Shown: in pieces, positions 48,689 through 58,621 of the stretch
How the letters are laid out: each line of letters opens with the position of its first letter
Position numbering within the stretch: position 1 is the first letter of the stretch
Source of the DNA: an uncultured Clostridia bacterium
GTDB taxonomy: Bacteria > Bacillota > Clostridia > Christensenellales > UBA1242
NCBI GenBank assembly: GCA_947649575.1
Contig: CANSRZ010000004.1
Coordinates: forward strand, 71,569-135,568
DNA length: 64,000 nt
Reading direction: 5' to 3'
Position numbers and translations under genes: made by a program
The notes under the pieces: model-generated
Database searches by the model: none
Told to the model about the DNA's origin: nothing
What the model saw: only the letters and a program-made list of their open reading frames with translations

Positions 48689-49381
48689 ATGATTAAACAA
48701 GAGAAAAAATTATCACCAGCAAAAAAATCTTGCATAAAGTTTGGTGTGCTTAGTGCTGTAAATGCTTCACTTGGCGTCGCTGGGCTTGTTTGCTCGGATA
48801 ATCCTATTCTTTCTGTTGTTGCAGGAGCAAGTTTGATTGTTTCTGGGCTTTGGACATTTTTGGGAGTTAAAGCTTTCCGTGCTCCTAAAAAAGAGGATAG
48901 AAAAGCCAAAAAATGTGCTTGCAAAGACCATAAAAAATGTTTCCATGATGCAAAAGTTTGCAAGGGCGTTGAGAAAAAAGAAATCAAAGCACAGGTTAAG
49001 GCTGAATATCCAGGGCTTAAAAACTTCTTTAAAAGAATTGCTGAGACTCAAAAAAGATACAAAGAGGCAGGCATTCCTAAATCTGCAAAGCCGTATAGAA
49101 TATGGAAAGGCACTTCAATAACTATTGGCGTTTTGTGCGGACTTATTGCAATGGGCAGCGGAGTTTTCTTGGCGAATAATATTATTGACGCTGAAACTCT
49201 TGCAAGTGAGGACAATACACAATCAGAGCAGTATTTGGATACTGATAAAGTTGCAAGCAATTCGCTTGGAGTTGCAACGGCAGGAGCAAGTTGCATAGGT
49301 CTTGCAATTGCAGCCGCCTCAGCAGCAAAAGCCGCAAAAAAACGTGAAGACGCAATGATTGAGAATTATCATATTGATTAA
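48689..49381 (+). CDS. hypothetical membrane protein (230 aa)
   Basis: Start at the ATG after AAGGAG. Several TM segments. K-rich central region. Confidence 0.5.
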   Translation: MIKQEKKLSPAKKSCIKFGVLSAVNASLGVAGLVCSDNPILSVVAGASLIVSGLWTFLGVKAFRAPKKEDRKAKKCACKDHKKCFHDAKVCKGVEKKEIKAQVKAEYPGLKNFFKRIAETQKRYKEAGIPKSAKPYRIWKGTSITIGVLCGLIAMGSGVFLANNIIDAETLASEDNTQSEQYLDTDKVASNSLGVATAGASCIGLAIAAASAAKAAKKREDAMIENYHID

Positions 49382-49421
49382 TAAATTATATTGAAAGAAA
49401 AACAAAAGGAGTGTTAATAAT

Positions 49422-49724
49422 ATGGATAAAAAAGAATTTGAACAAACAATAAAATTAACGGAATTGTTTTATGGGGTGTGCTCATCGGATGTTGATCCTA
49501 AACAGGTTGAGGAATTTGAAAAGACAATCAACGAAATTGCTGATCGTTTTATTTTTGAGAGAAATTTTGATAAAAAGCTTGAGAGATATTCTCTCCTAAG
49601 AATTCAAAAAGTATCTTCAAGGCAAAGAGATAATGCCTTAGTGAATTTGTTTTCAGATGCAATAAAGGTTTGTCCTAGTTTGGCGTCGAAGCAAGATGAA
49701 AAATTGCAACACCTTTATGCATAA
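49422..49724 (+). CDS. hypothetical protein (100 aa)
   Basis: Intact ORF with AAAGGAG RBS. Confidence 0.45.
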   Translation: MDKKEFEQTIKLTELFYGVCSSDVDPKQVEEFEKTINEIADRFIFERNFDKKLERYSLLRIQKVSSRQRDNALVNLFSDAIKVCPSLASKQDEKLQHLYA

Positions 49725-49725
49725 A

Positions 49726-50046
49726 ATGGCAAACGCAGGTTTTTGGAGTGTTTGTCTTAGTGCTGTTGAATGTGTGCCAGACTCAATGGATGTTAAGAAT
49801 AACGAAGGTAAAACTTTTGTTGATATTTATGGTGCGGCAAGTTTGAAATGTTCTTGTGCAAAAATATTAAGACTTTGCGGGGGTGCTAGTAAAGAATTAA
49901 AGGGAGTTTATAAAACTCTCTGCGAAAAATATCCAGAAGCCAAAGACCCTTATGCAGTGGCTGTTGATAAATCTATGGTAGAGCATAAAAAAGAAGAATC
50001 AGAAAAACCTTTGCTATCCAATATCGAGTTTTGGTTTGAAGATTAA
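49726..50046 (+). CDS. hypothetical protein (106 aa)
   Basis: An ATG immediately after the previous stop (MANAGFWSV...). The track's alternative start 49696 overlaps the previous gene. Confidence 0.45.
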   Translation: MANAGFWSVCLSAVECVPDSMDVKNNEGKTFVDIYGAASLKCSCAKILRLCGGASKELKGVYKTLCEKYPEAKDPYAVAVDKSMVEHKKEESEKPLLSNIEFWFED

Positions 50047-50058
50047 AAACAAAAATTT

Positions 50059-50091
50059 CTTGTCAAAAACACTTGACAAGGGATTTTTTTT
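50059..50091 (+). terminator. terminator after the 49726 gene, overlapping the rpsL promoter -35 box
   Basis: CTTGTCAA-AAACAC-TTGACAAG, then GGATTTTTTTT. Confidence 0.6.
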
Positions 50092-50101
50092 ATTGTATAA
50101 T
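50073..50101 (+). promoter_or_regulatory. consensus promoter of the str operon leader
   Basis: TTGACA (50073-78), 17-nt spacer, TGTATAAT (50094-50101). Confidence 0.75.
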
Positions 50102-50298
50102 CATCCACGTATGCTTCGTTGTCGGAAGCAATGCTAAAACAAACTTTTGCTTTGGAGTGATTGACAAAGTGAAATGTGTTGAAAAGCATTAACAAACAAC
50201 AAGTGAGGTTTTCTCGCTGATTTGCTTAAATAGCAAAGTTACTCTTTAGGTGTGGGTAATCGTGTTGTTCATGTTTTACAATGTTTTTGCATTTTTTT

Positions 50299-50338
50299 CG
50301 CGGCAATAAAGTTACAGAACTTTAATGTCGCGTTTTTT
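50299..50338 (+). terminator. intrinsic terminator-like hairpin inside the rpsL leader (candidate attenuator)
   Basis: 15-bp stem CGCGGCAATAAAGTT / AACTTTAATGTCGCG (1 G-U, 1 mismatch), 4-nt loop, followed by TTTTTT. Lies 30 nt upstream of the rpsL ATG. Confidence 0.65.
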
Positions 50339-50367
50339 AACGACAAATTTTAAAAAGGAGGAAAAAG

Positions 50368-50745
50368 ATGCCTACAATAAACCAACTCGTTAGACAAGGA
50401 AGAAAGACTTTTGATAAAAAATCAAAATCTCCACTTCTTGAAGAGAACCCTCAAAGAAGAGGCGTTTGTTTGTCAGTAAGAACTGCAACTCCTAAGAAGC
50501 CTAACTCAGCTCTTAGAAAGATTGCCAGAGTTAAACTTACAAACGGTTATGAAGGAACTTGCTACATCCCTGGTGTAGGACACAACTTGCAAGAGCATAG
50601 TGTTGTTCTTATCCGTGGAGGAAGAGTTAAGGACTTGCCTGGTGTACGTTATCATATTGTTCGTGGAACTCTTGATACCGCTGGCGTTGTTAACAGAAAG
50701 CAAAGCCGTTCTAAATATGGTGCTAAAAAACCAAAATCTAAATAG
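50368..50745 (+). CDS. rpsL: 30S ribosomal protein S12
   Basis: [13 protein letters not shown]... [10 protein letters not shown] ... canonical S12. Confidence 0.97.
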   Translation: MPTINQLVRQGRKTFDKKSKSPLLEENPQRRGVCLSVRTATPKKPNSALRKIARVKLTNGYEGTCYIPGVGHNLQEHSVVLIRGGRVKDLPGVRYHIVRGTLDTAGVVNRKQSRSKYGAKKPKSK

Positions 50746-50876
50746 CAGCCCAAGCGCTGCGCGACTGTCAGCATAGAGAATTGAAATTTATGTTGCATTC
50801 GTTCTACATTTAATAAAAATTACTAAATTAAAAACATATTTATGTGCTACGGCACTGCAAAAGGAGGATTTATACA

Positions 50877-51350
50877 ATGCCAAGAAGAAATAGTGCGGTA
50901 AAGAAAGATGTGCTTCCTGATCCAATTTATAACAGCAAAGTTGTTACTAAACTCGTTAACCAAGTTATGGAAAGCGGAAAGAAAGGACTTGCTCAAAGAA
51001 TTGTTTACGGAGCTTTCGATATAATTAAAGAAAAGATGGGTGCTGAACCTATGGACGTATTCACAACTGCTCTTGAAAATGTTAAGCCTGTGCTTGAAAC
51101 AAAATCAAGAAGAGTTGGTGGTGCTACTTACCAAGTTCCAATGGAAATCAGACCTGAAAGACGTCAAACTCTTGCAATCAGATGGATTGTTGACTTTTCA
51201 AGAAAACGTTCAGCTGAAAGAGGAATGGACGCTAAACTTGCAGGCGAAATTATGGACGCTTACAATTCTACTGGTTCATCAATTAAAAGAAGAGATGAAA
51301 TGCACAGAATGGCTGAAGCCAATAAGGCGTTTGCTCATTACAAATGGTAG
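50877..51350 (+). CDS. rpsG: 30S ribosomal protein S7
   Basis: Start at [20 protein letters not shown] after AAAGGAGG. Canonical S7. Confidence 0.97.
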   Translation: MPRRNSAVKKDVLPDPIYNSKVVTKLVNQVMESGKKGLAQRIVYGAFDIIKEKMGAEPMDVFTTALENVKPVLETKSRRVGGATYQVPMEIRPERRQTLAIRWIVDFSRKRSAERGMDAKLAGEIMDAYNSTGSSIKRRDEMHRMAEANKAFAHYKW

Positions 51351-51459
51351 AATCGAAAATCTTGCTATACATCTCAAACTTTGCTAGGCAAAGTTCTACG
51401 ATTTTAACGCAAGTTTTCGATTCTCGCCGCCAAACGAAATCGCTAGCGATTTGCGGCGA
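51350..51459 (+). promoter_or_regulatory. two strong GC-rich hairpins immediately 3' of rpsG
   Basis: GAATCGAAAATCTTGC (51350-65) pairs with GCAAGTTTTCGATTC (51409-23), with an inner hairpin CTTTGC-TAG-GCAAAG. Second hairpin is TCGCCGC..AAATCGC-TA-GCGATTT-GCGGCGA (51424-59). No T run follows. Confidence 0.6.
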
Positions 51460-51502
51460 CTCTCGTGCGAAGAAAAAATTCTAAGCCGATAAGGAGAAAA
51501 AT

Positions 51503-51781
51503 ATGGAGTTAAACAAAAAGACCAAAGATATAATGAATAAAAATCTTTTAGACGAACTCGGGATATCTTTTGAAGAAGCGCAAGAAATGGATTGGGAAGA
51601 GTTTGAAAGTCTTATTGAATTAAAGTCAGGTAAAAAACTTAGTTATGCAAAACCAAGTATTTTACATCAAAATTCTGGTGATGATAGTGTTCTTATTGAT
51701 AATGGTAGATTCACGACTATGGAAGAAGTGGATGAAAAAATGGATAGAATGCTCAAAAAGGAAAGAGGTTTAGAAAAATAA
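51503..51781 (+). CDS. hypothetical protein (92 aa) inserted between rpsG and fusA
   Basis: Intact ORF with AAGGAGA RBS. Acidic. No motif. Confidence 0.5.
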   Translation: MELNKKTKDIMNKNLLDELGISFEEAQEMDWEEFESLIELKSGKKLSYAKPSILHQNSGDDSVLIDNGRFTTMEEVDEKMDRMLKKERGLEK

Positions 51782-51841
51782 AAAGTGTTTAACATCACTT
51801 TAAAAAGTTAAAATGTGCATTTGCACACAAAAGAGGTTATT

Positions 51842-52426
51842 ATGTATATTGAAAAACTCAGTGATGAAAAGATTTTGACTATTGCTAAAAAAGCAACAAT
51901 AGACCATTTCCCAAAAGAATGGCATGCAAATATTAGTTATGAGATTTTGGATGGGGAAAACAAAAGGGTAAGAAAAGAACCTGAAAAATTCTTCACTTAT
52001 GATGGATCACTTGGTTCTCCTATTGCACGAACATTACCTACTCATAAATTTTATGGTTATGCCCAATTTAAACAAAAACTTGTTAAAAGAGCAGAAGGTG
52101 GTTTTGCTGAGGAGTTATGTGTTGTAAAAACTACAAAAGAAATGGGATATGCTTATATCAAGGCAGAGTTGAAACAGCCTGAGAAAGAACCTTTAAAAAT
52201 TGGCTATATGTATATTGATGATAACACTTTTGAATTCTTTAATTTTGAATTATTTAAAGAAGAAGTGGACCCAGACTATATAATAGCAGAAGATTGGTTG
52301 CAGTTATGTCATGGTGGAATATTGCCAAATAAACCTGAAGCACAAAATCAACGAGAACAGTCTAAAAAGATTTTTAAACAAGAAATGGCTAATGAATTTG
52401 CTGATTATGCAGAAAGTCAAAAATAA
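51842..52426 (+). CDS. hypothetical protein (194 aa) inserted between rpsG and fusA
   Basis: ATG after AGAGG (MYIEKLSDEK...). No motif. Confidence 0.5.
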   Translation: MYIEKLSDEKILTIAKKATIDHFPKEWHANISYEILDGENKRVRKEPEKFFTYDGSLGSPIARTLPTHKFYGYAQFKQKLVKRAEGGFAEELCVVKTTKEMGYAYIKAELKQPEKEPLKIGYMYIDDNTFEFFNFELFKEEVDPDYIIAEDWLQLCHGGILPNKPEAQNQREQSKKIFKQEMANEFADYAESQK

Positions 52427-52517
52427 TTTAATAAACATAAAACCTTATAAAAATAATAAAAAGGTGGTTATAACCTGCCTAAAAAGGTTATAAATCTTAT
52501 AAAAGGAAATTAAAAAA

Positions 52518-54590
52518 ATGGCTAATGATTTACACATGACTAGAAATGTTGGTATCATGGCTCACATTGATGCTGGTAAAACTACTACCACTGAGCGTAT
52601 TCTTTACTATACTGGTAAGAGCCACAAAATTGGTGAAGTTCACGATGGCGCTGCTACTATGGACTGGATGGCTCAAGAGCAAGAAAGAGGTATTACTATT
52701 ACTTCTGCTTGTACTACTTGTAAATGGAAAAACCACACAATCAACATCATCGACACTCCTGGACACGTTGACTTCACTATCGAAGTTGAACGTTCTTTGA
52801 AAGTTCTTGATGGTGCTGTGCTTGTTTTGTCTGCTCGTGACAAGGTTCAACCTCAAACTGAAACAGTTTGGCGTCAAGCTACAAAATACCATGTTCCAAC
52901 AATTATCTATGTTAACAAAATGGATAGAGATGCGGCTGACTTCTTTGGTTGCCTCGAAAGCATCGAAAGACGTCTTAAAACTCCAACTCTTGCTATTCAA
53001 ATGCCTATTGGAGAGGCTGATACTTTCAGCGGAATTATCGACCTTTTGACAATGAAAGCTGAAATTTACAAAGACGATATGGGAACTCAAATTGAAATCA
53101 CTGAAATCCCTGCTGAACTTAAAGACAAAGCTCAACAATATCACGATAAAATGATTGAACAAATCGTTGAAACTGATGATGTTTTGCTTGAAAAGTTCTT
53201 CGGCGGAGAAGAAATTTCAATGGACGAACTCAAAAAAGCTCTTAGAAAGGGCACTATCGCAAAAACTTTCACTCCTGTTCTTTGCGGTTCTTCTTACAAG
53301 AACAAGGGTGTTCAAATGTTACTTGACGCTATGGTTGATTATCTCCCAAGCCCACTTGACATTCCACCAATCAAGGGTGTTAACCCTGATAACGAACAAA
53401 CTGAGGAAAGACATGCTGACGAAACTGCTCCACTTGCTGGACTTGCATTCAAAATTATGAATGACCCTTACGTTGGCGGACTTACTTTCTTCCGCGTTTA
53501 CTCTGGTAAACTTACAGCTGGCTCTTATGTTTATAACTCAAACACTGGCAAACAAGAGCGCGTTGGTCGTCTTATCCGTATGCACGCAAACAATCGTCAA
53601 GAAATCACTGAGGTTGGTGCAGGGGATATCGCTGCTATTGTTGGGCTTAAAGATACTATCACAGGACACACTCTTTGTGATGAAAAACATCCAATTCAAC
53701 TTGAGTCTATGCAATTCCCAGAGCCTGTTATTCAACTTGCTATCGAGCCTAAAACAAAAGATATGCAAGAGAAAATGGGTATTGGCTTAGGCAGACTTAT
53801 GAGAGAAGACCCATCTTTCAGAGTTACAACTAACCAAGAAACTGGACAAACTCTTATCGCTGGTATGGGCGAACTTCACCTTGAAATTATCGTTGACAGA
53901 CTTCTTCGCGAATTTAAAGTTGAAGCTAAAGTTGGTGAACCACAAGTTTCTTATCGTGAAGCTATCAAGAAAGCTGTTAAAGCTGAGGGTAAATTCATCC
54001 GTCAATCTGGTGGTAAAGGTCAATATGGTCACTGCGTTATCGAACTTGAACCATTGCCAGCAGGCAGTGGATATGAATTCGTTGACAAAACTGTTGGCGG
54101 CTCTATTCCAAAAGAATATATTCAACCTATTAATAATGGTATCCAAGAAGCAGCTCATAACGGCGTAGTTGCTGGTTATGACACAGTTGACTTCCGTGTT
54201 ACTGTTGTTGACGGCTCTTATCACGAAGTTGACTCTTCTGAAATGGCGTTCAAGATTGCTGGCTCAATGGCATTCCAAGACGGCGCTAAAAAAGCTGATC
54301 CAGTTCTTCTTGAGCCTATCATGAAAGTTACTGTAGAAGTTCCTGATGAATATCTTGGAACAGTTATGGGCAACCTTACTTCTCGTCGCGGTATGCTTAC
54401 AGGCACAGAAAGCAGTGCAGGTATTCAAATCGTAAACGCAGAAGTTCCACTTGCTGAAATGTTTGGTTATGCAACTGACCTTCGCAGCCAAACTCAAGGC
54501 CGTGGCAATTATGTTATGGAACCACTTCGTTATCAAGAAGTTCCAAAATCAATTGCTCAAAACATTGTTGCAGCAAGAGCGAAAAACTAA
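52518..54590 (+). CDS. fusA: elongation factor G
   Basis: [28 protein letters not shown]. 690 aa. Confidence 0.97.
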   Translation: MANDLHMTRNVGIMAHIDAGKTTTTERILYYTGKSHKIGEVHDGAATMDWMAQEQERGITITSACTTCKWKNHTINIIDTPGHVDFTIEVERSLKVLDGAVLVLSARDKVQPQTETVWRQATKYHVPTIIYVNKMDRDAADFFGCLESIERRLKTPTLAIQMPIGEADTFSGIIDLLTMKAEIYKDDMGTQIEITEIPAELKDKAQQYHDKMIEQIVETDDVLLEKFFGGEEISMDELKKALRKGTIAKTFTPVLCGSSYKNKGVQMLLDAMVDYLPSPLDIPPIKGVNPDNEQTEERHADETAPLAGLAFKIMNDPYVGGLTFFRVYSGKLTAGSYVYNSNTGKQERVGRLIRMHANNRQEITEVGAGDIAAIVGLKDTITGHTLCDEKHPIQLESMQFPEPVIQLAIEPKTKDMQEKMGIGLGRLMREDPSFRVTTNQETGQTLIAGMGELHLEIIVDRLLREFKVEAKVGEPQVSYREAIKKAVKAEGKFIRQSGGKGQYGHCVIELEPLPAGSGYEFVDKTVGGSIPKEYIQPINNGIQEAAHNGVVAGYDTVDFRVTVVDGSYHEVDSSEMAFKIAGSMAFQDGAKKADPVLLEPIMKVTVEVPDEYLGTVMGNLTSRRGMLTGTESSAGIQIVNAEVPLAEMFGYATDLRSQTQGRGNYVMEPLRYQEVPKSIAQNIVAARAKN

Positions 54591-54908
54591 GGCTGTGCGG
54601 GGACAACTAGAATTTTAAACGCGGACACGCCTTTGGCTAACCGCTAAAATTCGTTTTCCCCACAGTACCCCTTTTCGCCTCTTGCGAAATCACGCAGTGC
54701 ATTTCGCTGCGAGTAGGGAGGTAAGCAATTTTTCAGGGTCGGGCAAAGCCCTTCTTCCCATAAAAACTTGCTTACGATTATATAAAATTTTTAGTATGCT
54801 AGATGCTAAAAAAGCAAAATATAGTGCCTTGTTTGCTTAAATTTACAAAATATTGAGTTTAGGCAGGCAAAAAACTTATAAAAACTTAAAAAAGTTATCA
54901 AAATCATT

Positions 54909-54936
54909 TTGAATTTAATTCTAAATGTGTTAAAAT
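54909..54936 (+). promoter_or_regulatory. candidate internal promoter for tuf
   Basis: TTGAAT (54909-14), 16-nt spacer, TGtTAAAAT (54928-36). Confidence 0.55.
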
Positions 54937-54976
54937 AACATCGTAAAAAATATTTACAAAAAAGGAGATTAAAAAA

Positions 54977-56179
54977 ATGGCAACTGGAGTATTTAATAGA
55001 TCTAAGCCACACGTAAACATTGGAACAGTTGGTCACGTAGACCATGGTAAAACTACTTTGACTGCTGCTATCACAATGACCCTTGCTGCTGAAGGTAAAG
55101 CAGAAAAAATGAGATATGACCAAATTGATAAGGCACCTGAAGAAAAAGCTAGAGGTATCACTATCAATACATCTCACGTTGAATATGAAACAGACAAACG
55201 TCACTACGCTCACGTTGACTGCCCAGGACACGCTGACTACGTTAAAAACATGATTACTGGTGCTGCTCAAATGGACGGAGCTATCCTTGTTGTTGCTTCA
55301 ACTGATGGTCCTATGCCTCAAACAAGAGAACACATTCTTCTTGCTCGTCAAGTTGGCGTTCCTTACATCGTTGTTTTCATGAACAAAACTGATCAAGTTG
55401 ACGATCCTGAACTTCTTGAACTTGTTGAAATGGAAATCAGAGATTTGCTTACTGAGTATGGTTTCCCAGGAGATAAAACTCCTATTATTAAGGGCTCTGC
55501 TCTTAAAGCTTTGGAAGCTGCTCAAGCTGGAAACGCTTCTGACCCTGCTTGCGACTGCATCCGTGAACTTATGGATGCTGTTGACTCTTATATCCCTGAC
55601 CCAGTTCGTGACACTGATAAACCTTTCCTTATGCCTGTTGAAGACGTATTTACTATCACTGGCCGTGGAACTGTTGCTACTGGTAGAGTAGAAAGAGGAC
55701 AAATTAAGGTTAACGACGTTGTTGAAATCGTTGGTCTTGGTGCATCTAAACAAACTGTTGTTACAGGCGTTGAAATGTTCCACAAATCACTTGACGCTGC
55801 AATGGCTGGTGATAATGCTGGACTTCTTCTTCGTGGTGTTCAAAGAAATGAAATCGAAAGAGGTCAAGTTCTTTGCAAGCCTGGTTCAATTCACCCACAC
55901 ACAAAATTCACTGCTGAAGTTTACGTTCTTAAGAAAGAAGAGGGTGGACGTCACACTCCATTCTTCAATGGTTACAGACCACAATTCTATTTCAGAACAA
56001 CTGACATCACTGGTGTTATCGAACTTGAAAAGGGCGTAGAAATGGTTATGCCTGGCGATAATGTAAGAATGACTATCTCTCTTATTAACCCAATCGCTAT
56101 TGAACAAGGACTTCGTTTCGCTATCCGTGAGGGTGGCAGAACAGTTGGTTCTGGTGTTGTTGCTTCTATCATTGAGTAA
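54977..56179 (+). CDS. tuf: elongation factor Tu
   Basis: [26 protein letters not shown]. 400 aa. Confidence 0.97.
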   Translation: MATGVFNRSKPHVNIGTVGHVDHGKTTLTAAITMTLAAEGKAEKMRYDQIDKAPEEKARGITINTSHVEYETDKRHYAHVDCPGHADYVKNMITGAAQMDGAILVVASTDGPMPQTREHILLARQVGVPYIVVFMNKTDQVDDPELLELVEMEIRDLLTEYGFPGDKTPIIKGSALKALEAAQAGNASDPACDCIRELMDAVDSYIPDPVRDTDKPFLMPVEDVFTITGRGTVATGRVERGQIKVNDVVEIVGLGASKQTVVTGVEMFHKSLDAAMAGDNAGLLLRGVQRNEIERGQVLCKPGSIHPHTKFTAEVYVLKKEEGGRHTPFFNGYRPQFYFRTTDITGVIELEKGVEMVMPGDNVRMTISLINPIAIEQGLRFAIREGGRTVGSGVVASIIE

Positions 56180-56376
56180 TAACTGGGAAGAACTAGAATT
56201 TTAAGTGTTTAAAACACAAGACGCTTGCTCGTCTATAAATAAAATAATAGAAAATAAAACTCTTTGCATAAAGTTTATTTATCAATAGGATAGGTTTTTG
56301 CTGTGCAAAATTAATAATGTATTTAAGCTAAACTGCCAACGCGCGGGCAGTTTGGTTATAAATTCATAACATAAAA

Positions 56377-56417
56377 AATAACTAAGTGTTTGTGATTGGG
56401 CACTTAGTTATTTTTTT
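56377..56417 (+). terminator. strong terminator about 200 nt downstream of tuf
   Basis: AATAACTAAGTG ... CACTTAGTTATT followed by TTTTT. Confidence 0.75.
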
Positions 56418-56420
56418 GTG

Positions 56421-56449
56421 TAAAAAATGGTGAATTTAATTCACCATTT
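56421..56449 (-). terminator. terminator of the WG-repeat gene
   Basis: AAATGGTGAA-TTTAA-TTCACCATTT. A T run follows on the minus strand. Confidence 0.7.
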
Positions 56450-56451
56450 AT

Positions 56452-57378
56452 TTAGCATGGATCACAATATTTATTCCGTTCAATTTCAACTTCAAGTCTT
56501 TTTTTATACTTTTCACTTTTAACTTGTTTATAAAATGGGTCTTTTTCTCTGCCATTAATTTTATCAAGTTCAGTTATAAATCTTTCATATTTTTCAACAG
56601 ATCCAAATGAATGGCAAATTAAATCATTGATTGGTTTGTCAATTCTTGCATTTAATCTTTTTATAGTTGTTTCATTGTAGTTATTCTGGTGAATATCATT
56701 ATAAATTTCTCTAAGACTTTCAATTCGAGAAAGATATGTAATAAAACGACGAGTAGGTGAATGGCTAGCTTTTGCTGTATCATAACCATTTTTATCTGCA
56801 ACATATAATTTTTCGCCACGCTTTGAGTAAACATCAATGGTGCTATCGCCAACAGCCACAATAACACCTTTTAATACTTCAAATTGCTCAACTTTGCTGT
56901 ATCGTGCTGGCTCAAAAGAATTATCTTTGTATTGGATAGGCACAATTTCTTGACCTTTTTTGTCTATTATCCCAAGTAATCCGTTTTTTCCAACAACACC
57001 AAGCCCGTTTACAAATAAACTAACGTGATCATAAGTCCCTATAGGATTGTCAACATACTCATCATAAACGTCTACTCCGTTCAAAGTTTGAACAGAAAAC
57101 ATTCCGTCTCCGATTGAGCAAAAGTTCCATTCAGTTTCACTAAAAACATTGCCTGAAAGGCTACCAGCATCATCACTGATTGTAACAGAAGCGCTATTAA
57201 ACATTTGTGCATTTTCTGGAGTCATCACTTCAATAATTTGCCCTCTTTCACCATGAATATGCTTGCATTTGTAAGGTATAATATTCTGTTTGATTATAGC
57301 GTTTTGTGATGAACGTTGAAAACCATCTGCAATAGAGTCAAAATCATCTGTAATTTCAACAAATTTTTTCTTTTTCAT
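56452..57378 (-). CDS. WG-repeat-containing protein
   Basis: Segments such as VGKNGLLGIIDKKGQEIVPIQY resemble the KWG/WG repeat family. 308 aa. Confidence 0.55.
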   Translation of the reverse strand: MKKKKFVEITDDFDSIADGFQRSSQNAIIKQNIIPYKCKHIHGERGQIIEVMTPENAQMFNSASVTISDDAGSLSGNVFSETEWNFCSIGDGMFSVQTLNGVDVYDEYVDNPIGTYDHVSLFVNGLGVVGKNGLLGIIDKKGQEIVPIQYKDNSFEPARYSKVEQFEVLKGVIVAVGDSTIDVYSKRGEKLYVADKNGYDTAKASHSPTRRFITYLSRIESLREIYNDIHQNNYNETTIKRLNARIDKPINDLICHSFGSVEKYERFITELDKINGREKDPFYKQVKSEKYKKRLEVEIERNKYCDPC

Positions 57379-57466
57379 TTTTATCTCCTTTTGTTATGAA
57401 AATTATATTATATTTACATCCAAAAGTCAATACCTAAAATAAAAAATTGCATTTCCTTATAAAAAT

Positions 57467-57495
57467 TTGCAAAAAGTTATTGTTTATGCTAAAAT
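57467..57495 (+). promoter_or_regulatory. promoter for sepF-lspA-rluD
   Basis: TTGCAA (57467-72), 17-nt spacer, TGcTAAAAT (57487-95). Confidence 0.65.
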
Positions 57496-57516
57496 ATTGT
57501 TGTATAGAGGTAGAAT

Positions 57517-57885
57517 ATGGGATTTATGGATTATATCTTTAAAGCACTCGGGTTTGAGGCGGGTGAGAAAAAAGTAAAAAATGTTAAGAAAAAAACGAGG
57601 GCAAGTTATAAGCTTAAAAATGGCAAAGCGCAGGATAGGGTTGAAGAGATTGACGGCATTCCTGTTTACTATCCAGAAAATTTTGTTCAAGCAAAAGAGT
57701 TTGCCGAGTTTTTAAAAGATAAAAAAGCGGTTATAATATCTACTGACCTGTGTGACAAAGAATCAACTGAACGCATAATCGATTTTTATAATGGTGTAGT
57801 TCTTGCTATTGGCGCTAAATTTATTGTGCTGGATGAGGGCAGGTTATATTTGCTTTTGCCGGAGGGAATGGAAGTTGAAGAATAA
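57517..57885 (+). CDS. sepF: cell division protein SepF
   Basis: 122 aa. N-terminal MGFMDYIFKALGF amphipathic helix. C-terminal DUF552-like core (P..F..A..I...LK....VI..L). Confidence 0.7.
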   Translation: MGFMDYIFKALGFEAGEKKVKNVKKKTRASYKLKNGKAQDRVEEIDGIPVYYPENFVQAKEFAEFLKDKKAVIISTDLCDKESTERIIDFYNGVVLAIGAKFIVLDEGRLYLLLPEGMEVEE

Positions 57886-58621
57886 AAATCAAAAAAACGA
57901 ACAAGAAAAAGCTTCAAAATTTAACAAAAAGCAAGTTATTTGCAATATTTTGATGCTTGTTTTTTTGGTGTTTTTTTTGGTTTTAGATATTGCTCTTAAA
58001 TATGTTATTGAAAGCAAACTTGGCTCTGGCGGGGTTGCAAATTTTATTCCAGGTTTTATCAACCTTGTTGTGGTTCATAATTATGGCGCGGCTTGGGGCT
58101 TATTTGCAAAGGTGCAATGGCTTTTGATTGTGGTCACTTTTATTTTTTTGATAGTATTTTTATGGTTTTTCTTTACAAAAAAGTCAAATTCATATTTGCT
58201 TGGAATAGCTTCGGGATTGCTACTAAGCGGAACGCTTGGCAATCTTTATGACCGCTTGGTTTTTGGCTATGTTCGTGATTTTTTGAACTTTGAATTTATG
58301 AATTTCCCTGTATTCAATATAGCTGACTCAGCGCTAACCGTGGGAATTATTTTGCTTTTAATTTATTTTGTTTTTATCTATCCAAAAGAGTTAAAAATTG
58401 AAAAGCAAAGGATGAAGAAAGAATTTGGCAAAAACGGCGAAATTAACACTGACGATTTAGATAATATTGATACTAAAAGATTTGATTTAAAAGAGGCGTT
58501 AAACTTCAAGAAAATGTGGAAAAAGCATTCAGAAAAGAAAGCGGAGAAAAAAAGGCAAACAACTTTGCAAAATGTTGAGGCTGATAATGATAAATTGGAC
58601 GGCGAGGAGGATGAAAAGTGA
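57875..58621 (+). CDS. lspA: lipoprotein signal peptidase II with long charged C-terminal tail
   Basis: Motifs NYGAAWG and FNIADSALTVG. Start proposed at TTG 57875, 8 nt after GGAGGG (the track's 57803 overlaps sepF). About 85 extra K/E/D-rich residues at the C-terminus. Confidence 0.75.
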   Translation: MKNKNQKNEQEKASKFNKKQVICNILMLVFLVFFLVLDIALKYVIESKLGSGGVANFIPGFINLVVVHNYGAAWGLFAKVQWLLIVVTFIFLIVFLWFFFTKKSNSYLLGIASGLLLSGTLGNLYDRLVFGYVRDFLNFEFMNFPVFNIADSALTVGIILLLIYFVFIYPKELKIEKQRMKKEFGKNGEINTDDLDNIDTKRFDLKEALNFKKMWKKHSEKKAEKKRQTTLQNVEADNDKLDGEEDEK

